Notes under the pieces: generated by a model
What the model was told of the DNA's origin: nothing
Databases searched by the model: none
Seen by the model: the letters and a program-made list of their open reading frames with translations, nothing else
Shown: positions 28,627 to 39,795 of the stretch, one piece after another
Numbering within the stretch: the first letter of the stretch is position 1
How the letters are laid out: every line of letters starts with the position of its first letter
Assembly: GCA_963834385.1 (NCBI GenBank)
Contig: CAWIBO010000005.1
Coordinates: 256,001 to 320,000, forward strand
Length of the DNA stretch: 64,000 nt
Source: an uncultured Verrucomicrobiae bacterium
GTDB taxonomy: Bacteria; Verrucomicrobiota; Verrucomicrobiia; Chthoniobacterales; UBA10450
Direction of reading: 5' to 3'
Position numbers and translations under genes: made by a program

Positions 28627-30837
28627 TCACCAGATGCTGACCCGCTTGTCGGCCGGGCGCACCATGGGTGAGCCGTCGGGGAGGTTGAAGGCCTTCTGGA
28701 ACTCGGCGGAGTTCGCCAGCGGTCCGTTGCAGCGGTAATGGCCGGGCGAATGCGGGTCGGTGATGATCCGGCGGCGCAGGTCCTCATCGCGGATATTGTT
28801 GCGCCAGACCTGGGCCCAGCCGAGGAAGAAGCGCTGCTCGGGCGTGAACCCGTCGATCTTTTGCTTCGCCATCTCGGGGTTCTTCGCCAGGGCTTTTTGC
28901 AGGGCGGCGAAGGCGAGTTTGACCCCGCCGTCGTCCGCGATGTTTTCGCCGAGAGTCAGCTCGCCATTGATGTGCATTCCGGGAAGCGGCTCATACTCCG
29001 CGTATTGCTGCACGATTTTTTGCGCGCGTTCCTTGTACTTGGCCGCGGATTCCGCCGTCCACCAGTCGCGGAGGTTGCCCTCGGCGTCGAACTGGCGGCC
29101 CTGGTCGTCGAACCCGTGTGAGATTTCGTGCGCGATGACCGCGCCGATCCCGCCGTAGTTGATGGCGTCATCCGCCTGGGCGCTGAAGAAGGGCGGCTGC
29201 AGGATGCCGGCCGGGAAAACGATCTCGTTCAGGTTCGGATGATAATAGGCGTTCACCGTGGGCGGCGACATGCCCCACTCATCCTTGTCCACCGGCTGCC
29301 CGATCTTCTTCAACTGCCGGTCGATCTCGAACATCGCGCCGCGCATGGCGTTCAGGACATAGGGCCCGCGGTCGATCTTCAGCTTCGAATAATCGCGCCA
29401 TTCATCGGGATAACCGATCTTGACCCGGAAGGAGGCCAGTTTCTTCAACGCCTCCTCCTTGGTCTTCTCGTCCATCCAGTCGCGCGACTTGATGCTGTCG
29501 GCCATTGCTTCCTGGACGTTTTTGACCAGCTCGATCATGCGGGCCTTGGACTCGGGCGGGAAATATTCGGCGACATAAAGTTTGCCGAGGGCTTCGCCCA
29601 GCTGGGCGTCAACCACGGTGATGACGCGTTTCCAGCGTTCCTTGAGTTTCTTGGCGCCGGTCAGGGCCGTGCCGTAAAAACGGAAGTTTTCGTCGACAAA
29701 ATCGCTCGAAAGCTCGGTCGCGGCGGCGTTGATCAGGTTCCAGCGGAGGTAGGTTTTCCAGTCGTCGAGCGAGGCGGTCTTGTAGACCTCGTTGGCGGCT
29801 TTGAAGAAGTCAGGCTGGCCGACATTGACCTCGGCGGGAGCCGGGATGGAAAGGCTGGTGAAATAATCGGTCCACTTGAAGTCGGGCGTGAGGGCCTGCA
29901 GCTCCGAGACCTTCATCTTGTTGTAGTTCTTTTGCGGGTCGCGCAGCTCAACCCGAGAGCGGGCGGGTTTGGCCAGGGAGGTCTCGAAGGCGAGCACCTT
30001 GCGCGCGCTCTCCGTGGCTTTCTTTTCCGGGTCGCCCAGGAGCTGCAGCATCTTGGAGACGTGCTCGACGTACTGGTCCCGGATTTTCTGCGAGGCTTCG
30101 TCGTCCTTCAGGTAGTAATCGCGGTCCGGCAGGCCGAGGCCGCCCTGGAACGCCTGCGCGATGTTCATGTCCGCCTTCTTGTCGTCGGGGCCGGACAGAA
30201 AACCGAAGAACGAACCGATCCCGATCCGATGGAGATGGGCGATCTGTTTCAGCACATCGGCGCGGTCTTTGATCGCGTCGATTTTCTTGAGCTCTTCCTC
30301 GAGCGGTTTCGCCCGGGCGGTGTTGATCTCCGTCTCGTTCATCCCGCTGGCGAAATAATCGCCCACTTTCTGGACCTCCGGGGTGGCGCCGCTGCCGGCA
30401 GCCTCGGCCGCGGCTTTCTGCGCAATCTTGTGCAGCGCCTCGTTGTTGCGCTCGGTCAGGAGATTGAAGCTGCCCCAGCGCGCATACTCCGGCGGGACCG
30501 GGTTGTTCTTCAGCCAGGAGCCATTGGCGAACTTGTAGAAGTCGTCCCCGGGCTTGACCGATTTATCCAGGTTGGCGACGTCAAAGGCCGGCTCCGCCTT
30601 GGCTTCCTCGAGAGATTTGCCGGCGGCCTCGGGCACCGCGCCCTTGGCTGGCGACTGCGACGCGATCGGCGGAGGGGAATCGACCGGGAGGGTCTTGGCG
30701 GCTTCGGCGGCCTCGCTCGGGGTCGATTTGGTGAGCGGCGGCGAAGATTTGGGCTCGGCTTGAGCGTGCAGGCTGACGGCGCAGAACAGGCTGGCCAGGG
30801 CGAGGACTGAGGTCTTGATCATGGGTTGGGTTGTCAT
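28627..30837 (-). CDS. M13 family metalloendopeptidase (PepO-like), secreted
   Basis: VNAYY, HEISHGFDDQG, GENIAD, DPHSP. Confidence 0.95.
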   Translation of the reverse strand: MTTQPMIKTSVLALASLFCAVSLHAQAEPKSSPPLTKSTPSEAAEAAKTLPVDSPPPIASQSPAKGAVPEAAGKSLEEAKAEPAFDVANLDKSVKPGDDFYKFANGSWLKNNPVPPEYARWGSFNLLTERNNEALHKIAQKAAAEAAGSGATPEVQKVGDYFASGMNETEINTARAKPLEEELKKIDAIKDRADVLKQIAHLHRIGIGSFFGFLSGPDDKKADMNIAQAFQGGLGLPDRDYYLKDDEASQKIRDQYVEHVSKMLQLLGDPEKKATESARKVLAFETSLAKPARSRVELRDPQKNYNKMKVSELQALTPDFKWTDYFTSLSIPAPAEVNVGQPDFFKAANEVYKTASLDDWKTYLRWNLINAAATELSSDFVDENFRFYGTALTGAKKLKERWKRVITVVDAQLGEALGKLYVAEYFPPESKARMIELVKNVQEAMADSIKSRDWMDEKTKEEALKKLASFRVKIGYPDEWRDYSKLKIDRGPYVLNAMRGAMFEIDRQLKKIGQPVDKDEWGMSPPTVNAYYHPNLNEIVFPAGILQPPFFSAQADDAINYGGIGAVIAHEISHGFDDQGRQFDAEGNLRDWWTAESAAKYKERAQKIVQQYAEYEPLPGMHINGELTLGENIADDGGVKLAFAALQKALAKNPEMAKQKIDGFTPEQRFFLGWAQVWRNNIRDEDLRRRIITDPHSPGHYRCNGPLANSAEFQKAFNLPDGSPMVRPADKRVSIW

Positions 30838-31130
30838 TGTGACCGGGCCGCGAGCGGCCGGGCCGGGTTGCTGTTTACGGCGCGGCAGCGCCGGATGCCC
30901 GTGGGCGACGGGGGAATCGCCCATGGTGGGGCAGGGGACAGGCAGCCAAGAGCGAAGAAGATCGCAAAGAGAAGCCGGCCACCCGGCAACCTATCGCATG
31001 GGGTATGCCAACGCGAACAGGAAATGCCAAAGCCCTCCGGGGGAGCATCTTGCGCAGTGCCGACTGCGTCCTCGCTCCTGCTGTCCGCTTCGCTTCCGGG
31101 ACAATGCCGTCTCGATCCCGGGATTTGTTT

Positions 31131-31411
31131 GAAACGCTGACACGCTGAAAAACTGAAATGCTGAAATAGGGAAGGATTGAATCAGGAAAGCAGGAAAGGA
31201 GGATGATGGAAGGTTGAGAATAGAAGGCGCAATTCCCTGATGCCGAATGTGCCGAGAACGGCGCACGCTACAGCGTCTCGATTACGATTACGAGCACGAG
31301 CACGAACCGGAGCACCGCGGCACTAGCGCCCGGAGTGACGCAATCCGCGCGCTGTAGCGTCCGCTGTCCCCAGCGGATTCCGGCTTTCTCCTGCTCTTGA
31401 TCCTGATCCTC
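31131..31411. repeat. Intergenic mosaic of short tandem repeats and REPs
   Basis: 8-mer GCTGAAAN 31131-31167; AGGAAAGC 31180-31204; REP half ~31255-31273; (ACGATT/ACGAGC)n 31279-31305; REP + hexamer tract 31351-31411. Confidence 0.75.
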
Positions 31412-31442
31412 AACGCGCCCAGTGCGGCACGCTCTCAGCCGA

Positions 31443-32335
31443 TTACATCTGCTCGAAGCGATAGCCGCGCTGCTGCAGGAGGGCGAGGACGTTGTTCGGC
31501 CCCACAAAATGCAGCGCCCCGGCCACCACGGTCGTGGGCGTCTTCGATTTGATGGCGCCTTCAATCACCGGGATCCAGCGCTTGTTCCGGTCATCCAGCA
31601 AACGACGGTTAAACGCCGCGGTGTGTTTTGCAGTCGCCCGGTCGAACGCCAGCAACCCCTGAAGATCGCCCTTTTTCCAAAGCTCGCGCCCCTTGTTGTA
31701 ATCGTCCCGGCGCCGATCGCCCCGGACGAGCGCGTTCAGGAGCACGATCTCTGATTCGATGTCGGAAAGACCGCCCAGCACCTGGATGTGTTCCTCCATC
31801 GGCACCAGCCCTTTCACCTGTTTGCCATGCAGCCGCGCCTTGCGCGCAAGGTGGTTGTCCACTCCGAGCTCACTGAAGACGTCGCTGTAGCCGCGCACGC
31901 CCCAGATCGCGTAGCCGATAAACCACGGCTTGTACTTCGCCATCTGGTCGAAGTGGATGCTGGAGCGCCGGCAGGCGCGCACCAGGAAATCGTAGGTCTC
32001 CTTGTGGATTTTCCCGTGGATGGTCTGGCCCTGCGGATATTCCGCCGCGGACTTCGAGCCACCTCGGCGTAACTCTTTCGCGGGTCGGGGTAGGCTTCTA
32101 GGAACACCTGCTGCGAGTTGTGCACCGCCGCGTCGAAACAGGAGGGGAGCGGGTAATCCTTCGCCGAAAGGCCATGGATCGATCCGATCAGGAACAGCGG
32201 CGCGGGCGTGTTGGTCGCGCGCCAGGCACAATGTTTCCCGGTGTGCGCGGGCGGCGCGGCCAGGAGTATCCCGGGTAGGAGGAAGAGGAAAAGCGGCAAA
32301 AGCCGCCCGAATCGAGGCTCATGCGTTATCTGCAT
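31443..32335 (-). CDS. TraB/GumN family protein (frameshift near 32057)
   Basis: LFLIGSIH, GVDNHL, LLDDRNKRW, VVAGALHFVG. Confidence 0.85.
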
Positions 32336-32475
32336 GGTCCGGTCTTTTATGTGAAACCGGTAAGTGCGGTCAAGACAGAAGGCGACAATTCACGATCCAT
32401 TCACCATTCACGCCTCCCGCCCCCCTCCACGCCCCCATTGCCCTCTGGGAGCTTTTATTGCATAATAGGAAGTTC

Positions 32476-33888
32476 ATGGCTCGATTCGCCCGACTTTCCC
32501 TGCTTCTGCTCGCCGCAGCCGGGTTCCCCCTTGTCACCCTGGCCGCTCCCCCGGCCAAGCCCGTTTCCTGGGACGTCGTCAAGGTGGCGAACCGCGACTG
32601 GCTCACGGTCGATAACATCGCCCGGTTTTACGGCCTCCCCGTCGGCGTCGCGCCGATCGACAAAGTCATTCTGCTCAATAACGGCCGGCAAAGCCTCCAG
32701 GTCCGGCTCGAGAGCCGCGAGATCATCCTCAACGGCGTCCGCAACTGGCTCAGCTTCCCGGTCATCGAGCACGAAGGCCAGTATCTCGTTTCCCGCGTCG
32801 ACCTCGCCAAGACGATCGAGCCGCAGATGCGGCCCCACATGATCCAGAACATGGGCAAGGTCACCACGGTGATTGTTGACCCCGGACATGGCGGCTTCGA
32901 CAAGGGAGCCCGCTGCACCTACGGCCACGAGAAGAACTTCGCCCTCGATGTCGCCCGACAGCTCAAGCCGATGCTGGAAAAGAAGGGCTTCAAGGTCATC
33001 CTCACCCGCGACAAGGACGTTTTTGTCCCGCTGCACATCCGGGCCCGCATCGCCAACGCGGTGCCGAACTCGGTCTTCGTCTCCATCCATTTCAACGCCA
33101 CCGGGGCTGACCCAAACGCCAACGGCTTCGAGATTTTTTCGCTGACCCCGCGCGGCGCGCCTTCCACCGACGACTCCGGCGTGGAAGCCCGCTTCATGAA
33201 CGTGAGCAATGGCACAGGCGTGGACGCCTGCAGCCTTGGGCTGTCCACCAGCGTTTATCACGCGATGCTTGGCCATATGCCGGGCTACGATCGCGGGATC
33301 AAGCGGGCCCGGTTCGCCGTTCTCCGGCATACCAAGGTGCCGGCCATCCTCGTCGAGGGCGGTTTTGTTTCGCATCGCGAAGAGAGCAAAAAGATCAAGG
33401 ACCGCGAATGGCGCAGCAAACTTGCGCAGGCCATTTGCACCGGGCTGGAGAACTATCGCGACCTTGCCCATAACAAGCGCAAACCGATGCTCCTGGCCGA
33501 CTATCGCCGGGCGCAGACCGGCGAGAACATGCTCGCGCAGAACCTGATCATCCCACCGGCCGGCAGCAGCGCGTCCCCGGCCGAGTTCCTTACCGCCAGT
33601 CACATGGGCGACGGCGAGGAGGTCGATGAACCTGATGTGACCACAGCCGAAGAGGCGGAAAGCCTCGAGGATGTTCCGGCGGAAGTCCGGGAAGCGGCCA
33701 CGGAAAACACCGAGCCCGGTCCGCAATCGTCACCGAGCGTGCCTCCGGCGGACCAGCCGCCCACGCCGACCCCGCCCGCGATCGCTTCACCGACTCCGCG
33801 TCCGATTCCCGCAACGGTGACGCAACCGCAGCCCACGCCGACCCCGCGGATCCTGCACTTCTCCCCGCCGCCGAAGTTCCTGCAGTAA
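32476..33888 (+). CDS. N-acetylmuramoyl-L-alanine amidase (Amidase_3) with acidic and Pro/Thr-rich tail
   Basis: VDPGHGG, EKNFAL, SIHFNA, ILVEGGF. Confidence 0.92.
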   Translation: MARFARLSLLLLAAAGFPLVTLAAPPAKPVSWDVVKVANRDWLTVDNIARFYGLPVGVAPIDKVILLNNGRQSLQVRLESREIILNGVRNWLSFPVIEHEGQYLVSRVDLAKTIEPQMRPHMIQNMGKVTTVIVDPGHGGFDKGARCTYGHEKNFALDVARQLKPMLEKKGFKVILTRDKDVFVPLHIRARIANAVPNSVFVSIHFNATGADPNANGFEIFSLTPRGAPSTDDSGVEARFMNVSNGTGVDACSLGLSTSVYHAMLGHMPGYDRGIKRARFAVLRHTKVPAILVEGGFVSHREESKKIKDREWRSKLAQAICTGLENYRDLAHNKRKPMLLADYRRAQTGENMLAQNLIIPPAGSSASPAEFLTASHMGDGEEVDEPDVTTAEEAESLEDVPAEVREAATENTEPGPQSSPSVPPADQPPTPTPPAIASPTPRPIPATVTQPQPTPTPRILHFSPPPKFLQ

Positions 33889-34015
33889 CCGCAGAGACGC
33901 AGAGGGCGCAGAGTCCGGTAGGGCGAGACTCCGTCGAGCCTGGGAGAAGGCGTGGCTTCTGGCAGACGACAGGATTAATGTCACCATGCACTCTCCTCTC
34001 TGCGTCTCCGCGGTT
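33887..34015. repeat. Inverted pair of (CGCAGAG) tandem repeats enclosing a GTAG-REP
   Basis: aaccgcagagacgcagag ... ctctgcgtctccgcggtt; internal GTAGGGCGAGACTCCGTCGAGCC. Confidence 0.7.
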
Positions 34016-34167
34016 AAATCGAAGAGCACAGGTTGCCCGCGGGGCGCATCGACGCGATAGTGTTCGAGAATCACGCCGGAAATGATGGTCCCCGTTCGGG
34101 TGAACGTCGCCCGTAGCTTTTGCCTCGCGCAGCTTCCGGTTCACAACCTCAACCAAGGAATAACTTC

Positions 34168-34641
34168 ATGATGACCAAATACCTGACCGGCGCGCTCGCG
34201 GCGCTGTTTTTTACCGGAACGCTCGCGCTGGCCGCGGACAATACCGAGGCCATGGCCCGCGAGAAAGCGGCCTGGCAGGCTTACAAGGACAAGAAAGCGG
34301 ACGATTTTCGCCAGCTGGCTGCGCCGACTTACCGAAGCGTTTACGTTTACGGCATCCACGATCTCGACCAGGAGGTGGCCTGGATGCAGAAAACGACCAT
34401 GAACTCGTTTGAGCTGGGCGATTTCAACGCTCTCACCACCGACCCCGACACGATGGTCGTCACTTATACGGCGATTCTGGCAAATGCGACGAGGACGGGC
34501 GGCTCCGCACACCATCCACGCCCCGGGGACGCCGCTCCCCGGAGAAACGCCGGGGTGCCGGCACGGCGGCCTACCACCGCAGGCACAAAGTTCTCGCTTC
34601 GCGGAATTTGTATTTGGGGCCGCGCGCGGTTTCGCCGTTGA
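34168..34641 (+). pseudogene. DUF4440/NTF2-like protein copy 1, internally deleted
   Basis: Closely matches copy 3 up to VVTYT, then similarity breaks; a WQ..HT remnant lies in another frame. Confidence 0.65.
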
Positions 34642-34701
34642 CCCGGCTCGGGCGTGCTCCCTAGGCTGACGGCTCACTTCAACACCTTGAAAGGCCCGAG
34701 C

Positions 34702-35127
34702 ATGATCAAATTGACCGTATTAACCCTGGCGTCCCTTTTTGCCGCCGGTTCTCTGCTGGCTTCGCCGGAGGGCGACGCCATCATCGCCAAGGAAAAAGCC
34801 ACCTGGGAAGCGTGGAAAAACAAGGACGAAGCGGCTCTCCGCAAGCTCACCTCGAAAGATTTTCGCGAGGTCACGCCATCCCGCATCGGCGGGCTCGACG
34901 ACAGCGTCGCGAGCATGAAGAAGACGGAGATCAAGAGCTTCGAGATGAACGACGCCAAGGTCGTTTTCCCCGATCCCGACACCGGGGTGCTGACCTACAA
35001 GGTTGCGATGAAAGGGACGCAGGATGGGAAAGACATTTCCGGCACCTACTATTCCGGCGCGATCTGGCGCAAGATCGGCGGGGAATGGTTGCTCGTTTTC
35101 TACGGCGAAGCCGTTCCCGAGAAGTAA
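34702..35127 (+). CDS. Secreted DUF4440/NTF2-like protein copy 2
   Basis: Signal peptide; EKATWEAWKNKD..AIWRKIGGEWLLVF. Confidence 0.82.
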   Translation: MIKLTVLTLASLFAAGSLLASPEGDAIIAKEKATWEAWKNKDEAALRKLTSKDFREVTPSRIGGLDDSVASMKKTEIKSFEMNDAKVVFPDPDTGVLTYKVAMKGTQDGKDISGTYYSGAIWRKIGGEWLLVFYGEAVPEK

Positions 35128-35146
35128 TAACAAGAGGAAACCAACG

Positions 35147-35587
35147 ATGAAAAAATACCTTAGCTGCGCCCTCGCGGCGCTGTTTGTCAGCAGTGCGGTC
35201 GCCTGGGCGGCCGATAACGACGAAGCCATGGCTCGCGAAAAAGCGGCCTGGCAGGCTTACAAGGACAAGAACGCCGGGGAGTTCGGCAAAATGATGTCGG
35301 ACAAATATCACGGCGTCTATCCCGAGGGCATCTACGACAAGGCGAAGGAACTGTCGGAGATGCAGAAAATGACGCTGAAATCGTTTGAGCTGGGCGATTT
35401 CAACACCGTTACGACCGACGCCGACACCCTGCTCGTGACTTACACGGTGAAAATGGAGGCGACCATGGAGGGGAAGGAAATTTCCCAGAAGATGAACGCC
35501 TCCTCCGTCTGGCAGAAGGCGGGCGACGACTGGAAAGTCGTGCTCCACACCAACGTGCCGCAGGCGACTGGGAAGAAGAAGGAGTGA
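35147..35587 (+). CDS. Secreted DUF4440/NTF2-like protein copy 3
   Basis: Signal peptide; EKAAWQAYKDK..SSVWQKAGDDWKVVLH. Confidence 0.82.
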   Translation: MKKYLSCALAALFVSSAVAWAADNDEAMAREKAAWQAYKDKNAGEFGKMMSDKYHGVYPEGIYDKAKELSEMQKMTLKSFELGDFNTVTTDADTLLVTYTVKMEATMEGKEISQKMNASSVWQKAGDDWKVVLHTNVPQATGKKKE

Positions 35588-35882
35588 AGGTAGAAGTTAG
35601 AAGCTGGGAGCTGGGAGCTGCCACTGTAGCGTCCGCTGTCCCCAGCGGATCCCGGCTTTCTCCTGCTCCTGCTCTTAATCTTGATCCTGATCCTCGGAGG
35701 GACGCGCTTCCGCGCGTCCATACGCTGAAAAGAAAAGTTTCAATTAGGAAACAAGGAAAGCAGGAAGATGGAGAATCGAGGATGGGGAACTTGATTCACC
35801 GTCCCGGAGCACGAGCATGAGCACGAGCGTGGTGGCACTGCCCGCCTCCCCACGATTCACCACTCACAATTAACCATTCACG
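35588..35882. repeat. Intergenic mosaic of at least six repeat types
   Basis: 7-mer AGAAGTT/GGAGCTG; GTAG-REP; hexamer tract; GGAGGGACGCGCTTCCGCGCGTCC palindrome; AGGAAAGC; GAGCAC; TTCACCA-type 7-mer. Confidence 0.75.
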
Positions 35883-35901
35883 CTCCTCAACGCCTCCAGC
35901 G

Positions 35902-35929
35902 TTGACTCCTCCCTCCCAGCCCCTATGCT
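35902..35929 (+). promoter_or_regulatory. Sigma70-like promoter of the thiC leader
   Basis: TTGACT-N16-TATGCT immediately before the riboswitch. Confidence 0.55.
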
Positions 35930-35935
35930 TTTCCC

Positions 35936-36040
35936 AGAGCGGGGGAGCCAAAAGGCTGAGAGTTCGGTGCGGCAACGGTGCCAGGCCGGAGACCCCTTAA
36001 ACCTGATGCGGGTAATGCCGTCGTAGGGAGCAAGGGTCCG
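35936..36040 (+). ncRNA. TPP riboswitch (thi-box)
   Basis: GGGGAG..GGCTGAGA..ACCC..AACCTGAT..GGTAATGCC..CGTAGGGA upstream of thiC. Confidence 0.95.
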
Positions 36041-36061
36041 TCATCGGGACGGGCGATTCTC

Positions 36062-36096
36062 AGCCATGCGTTTCCCGCGCATGGCTTTTTTGTTTT
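36062..36096 (+). terminator. Intrinsic terminator, likely riboswitch expression platform
   Basis: Stem AGCCATGCG/CGCATGGCT followed by a T-run. Confidence 0.8.
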
Positions 36097-36113
36097 GCAG
36101 AGAAGAAAAATGA

Positions 36114-38264
<2,151 letters not shown>

Positions 38265-38289
38265 TGAGCGAAGGAACCACCGAGCCATC

Positions 38290-38570
38290 CCCTTGGCGGA
38301 TCGCGAAGCCCAGCAGGATGATCGCGAGCATGTCTTTGGCGACGAGGGTGGAACGCAAGGAAGTCGATCGTGCCGGTTTGCCAGAAGACCCATTCGCCGG
38401 CCACGAGCGTGGCGAGTAGGGGATGGCCGCTTTCCTAAAGCAGGACGCCGTCACCGGTGGAGGGATTGAGACGGGCGGTGGAGTCCATGGCGGGGGTGTC
38501 TTTGTCGTGCCGCCCGATGATGAAGTCGCCCGCGCCATTCGGGGCATAGAGCATCGTGCCGGCCACGCCT
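38290..38570 (-). pseudogene. Relic of a serine hydrolase (beta-lactamase family) C-terminus
   Basis: GTMLYAPNGAGDFIIG..TARLNPSTGDGVLL*ESGHPLLATLVAGEWVFWQTG with an in-frame TAG at 38435-38437; no N-terminal part. Confidence 0.55.
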
Positions 38571-38653
38571 GCCGGGTGACAGTGGCGGGTTCTCGAATGC
38601 TTGCGTGGCAATGTGATTGGGGAGAGGTTAACCGAGTCACAGGAGGACCAACT

Positions 38654-38830
38654 ATGAAGACCAAACGTCAGCCGGCAGCAAGACGAGAAGGCAAATCCGC
38701 GGTTCCACACGACGAGCTACGGGACCTGGAGACGCAGCGCGCAAAAGATGTGCGCGGTGGTGATTCGAAGTCGAACACGCAAAAGAAGTGGTCTGATACT
38801 TCGTCTCAAATCACGGCTAACATCAAATAG
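38654..38830 (+). CDS. 58-aa peptide with double-glycine-type leader
   Basis: AGGAGG RBS at 38641; ELRDLETQRAKDVRGG then DSKSNTQKKWSDTSSQITANIK. Confidence 0.7.
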   Translation: MKTKRQPAARREGKSAVPHDELRDLETQRAKDVRGGDSKSNTQKKWSDTSSQITANIK

Positions 38831-39155
38831 CACGCAGGGTTCGCGTCGGTTTGGCTCGAATCGCCGCTAAGGGCGGCCCGCGGAGTTCAGCCGCGCATCG
38901 ACTCGAATTTGTAAATTGGCGGAAAGCGGTCAGCGATGAGGATCGACCGTCATCGCGATCCGCTCGCCGCGAAGCGACGGAGTGCTGGGAACAATAAGCA
39001 TCGGAAACCGAAGGCCCCCGGGGATACCGTCCTTTGGGACTTCGCTACGCTTCCGGCCTACCCACCCCGCGGTGCAGACTGACGGCACGTTCGCCCTCAC
39101 GATCTTTCCCAACGCACAGTCCACCTGGTTGGGTGGCCGCAAGATGGCGCATTCC

Positions 39156-39638
39156 CTAACGCGGCTGAGGAGTCGGGGATGGCCTCTTTCCGATCGATGC
39201 GGCGGGCGCTTCGGTGCCCTGTTTGACAGGAGGAGTCGTCGGCGACGTCTTGATTGACGGCTGACCAGCGCCCACGTCGCTGGTCGATCCTGGTCTGATC
39301 TTCGGCGGCGTCGGTTTTGGCGGGGCGATTTCCGGCCGGGGACCGGCCTGGCCCGGTTCGATTTGTTCCGCCGCCTGTCGCACAGAGAAGACGCACGTGA
39401 GATAAGTCTCTTTGCACTTCTGTTTGCAGGCGGCCAACTCCAACCGGCCCGGTGGTTTCAACAGACCGCCGACTCCCCCGGTGCAGCCCGCCTCGCAATC
39501 AGCCCGCTTCCTCTTGCAGGTGTCGATGGCTTTGAGCTGCGCTTCCGTCAGTTTCTGTTCCCCGAAAAGGATGGAAACGGGGATCAGAGCAACGCCAAGA
39601 AGAATGAGAACACCGCTGAAGCAGATTCGTCGTGTCAT
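39156..39638 (-). CDS. Secreted Cys-rich hypothetical protein with Pro-rich tail
   Basis: GAGGAGG upstream; hydrophobic signal; C-x6-C-x3-C ... C-x3-C-x6-C. Confidence 0.7.
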   Translation of the reverse strand: MTRRICFSGVLILLGVALIPVSILFGEQKLTEAQLKAIDTCKRKRADCEAGCTGGVGGLLKPPGRLELAACKQKCKETYLTCVFSVRQAAEQIEPGQAGPRPEIAPPKPTPPKIRPGSTSDVGAGQPSIKTSPTTPPVKQGTEAPAASIGKRPSPTPQPR

Positions 39639-39795
39639 ATAGGAGCGCCTCCTCGGGCGATGCTGCATTTTTCGCTTATCCCTGTCAATCGCAACGGCGG
39701 CCGGCCTTGCGACGGAGACAAGAGTGAGTGGTCGCACACCCTCGCTGTCGATTCGAGGAGACCGATAATGATCTGTCAAAATCCTGACTGCGGTA

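Noticed and set aside
31131..35882. Repeat clusters as a CRISPR array
   Set aside because: There is no constant 23-47 bp repeat with regular unique spacers and no cas genes.
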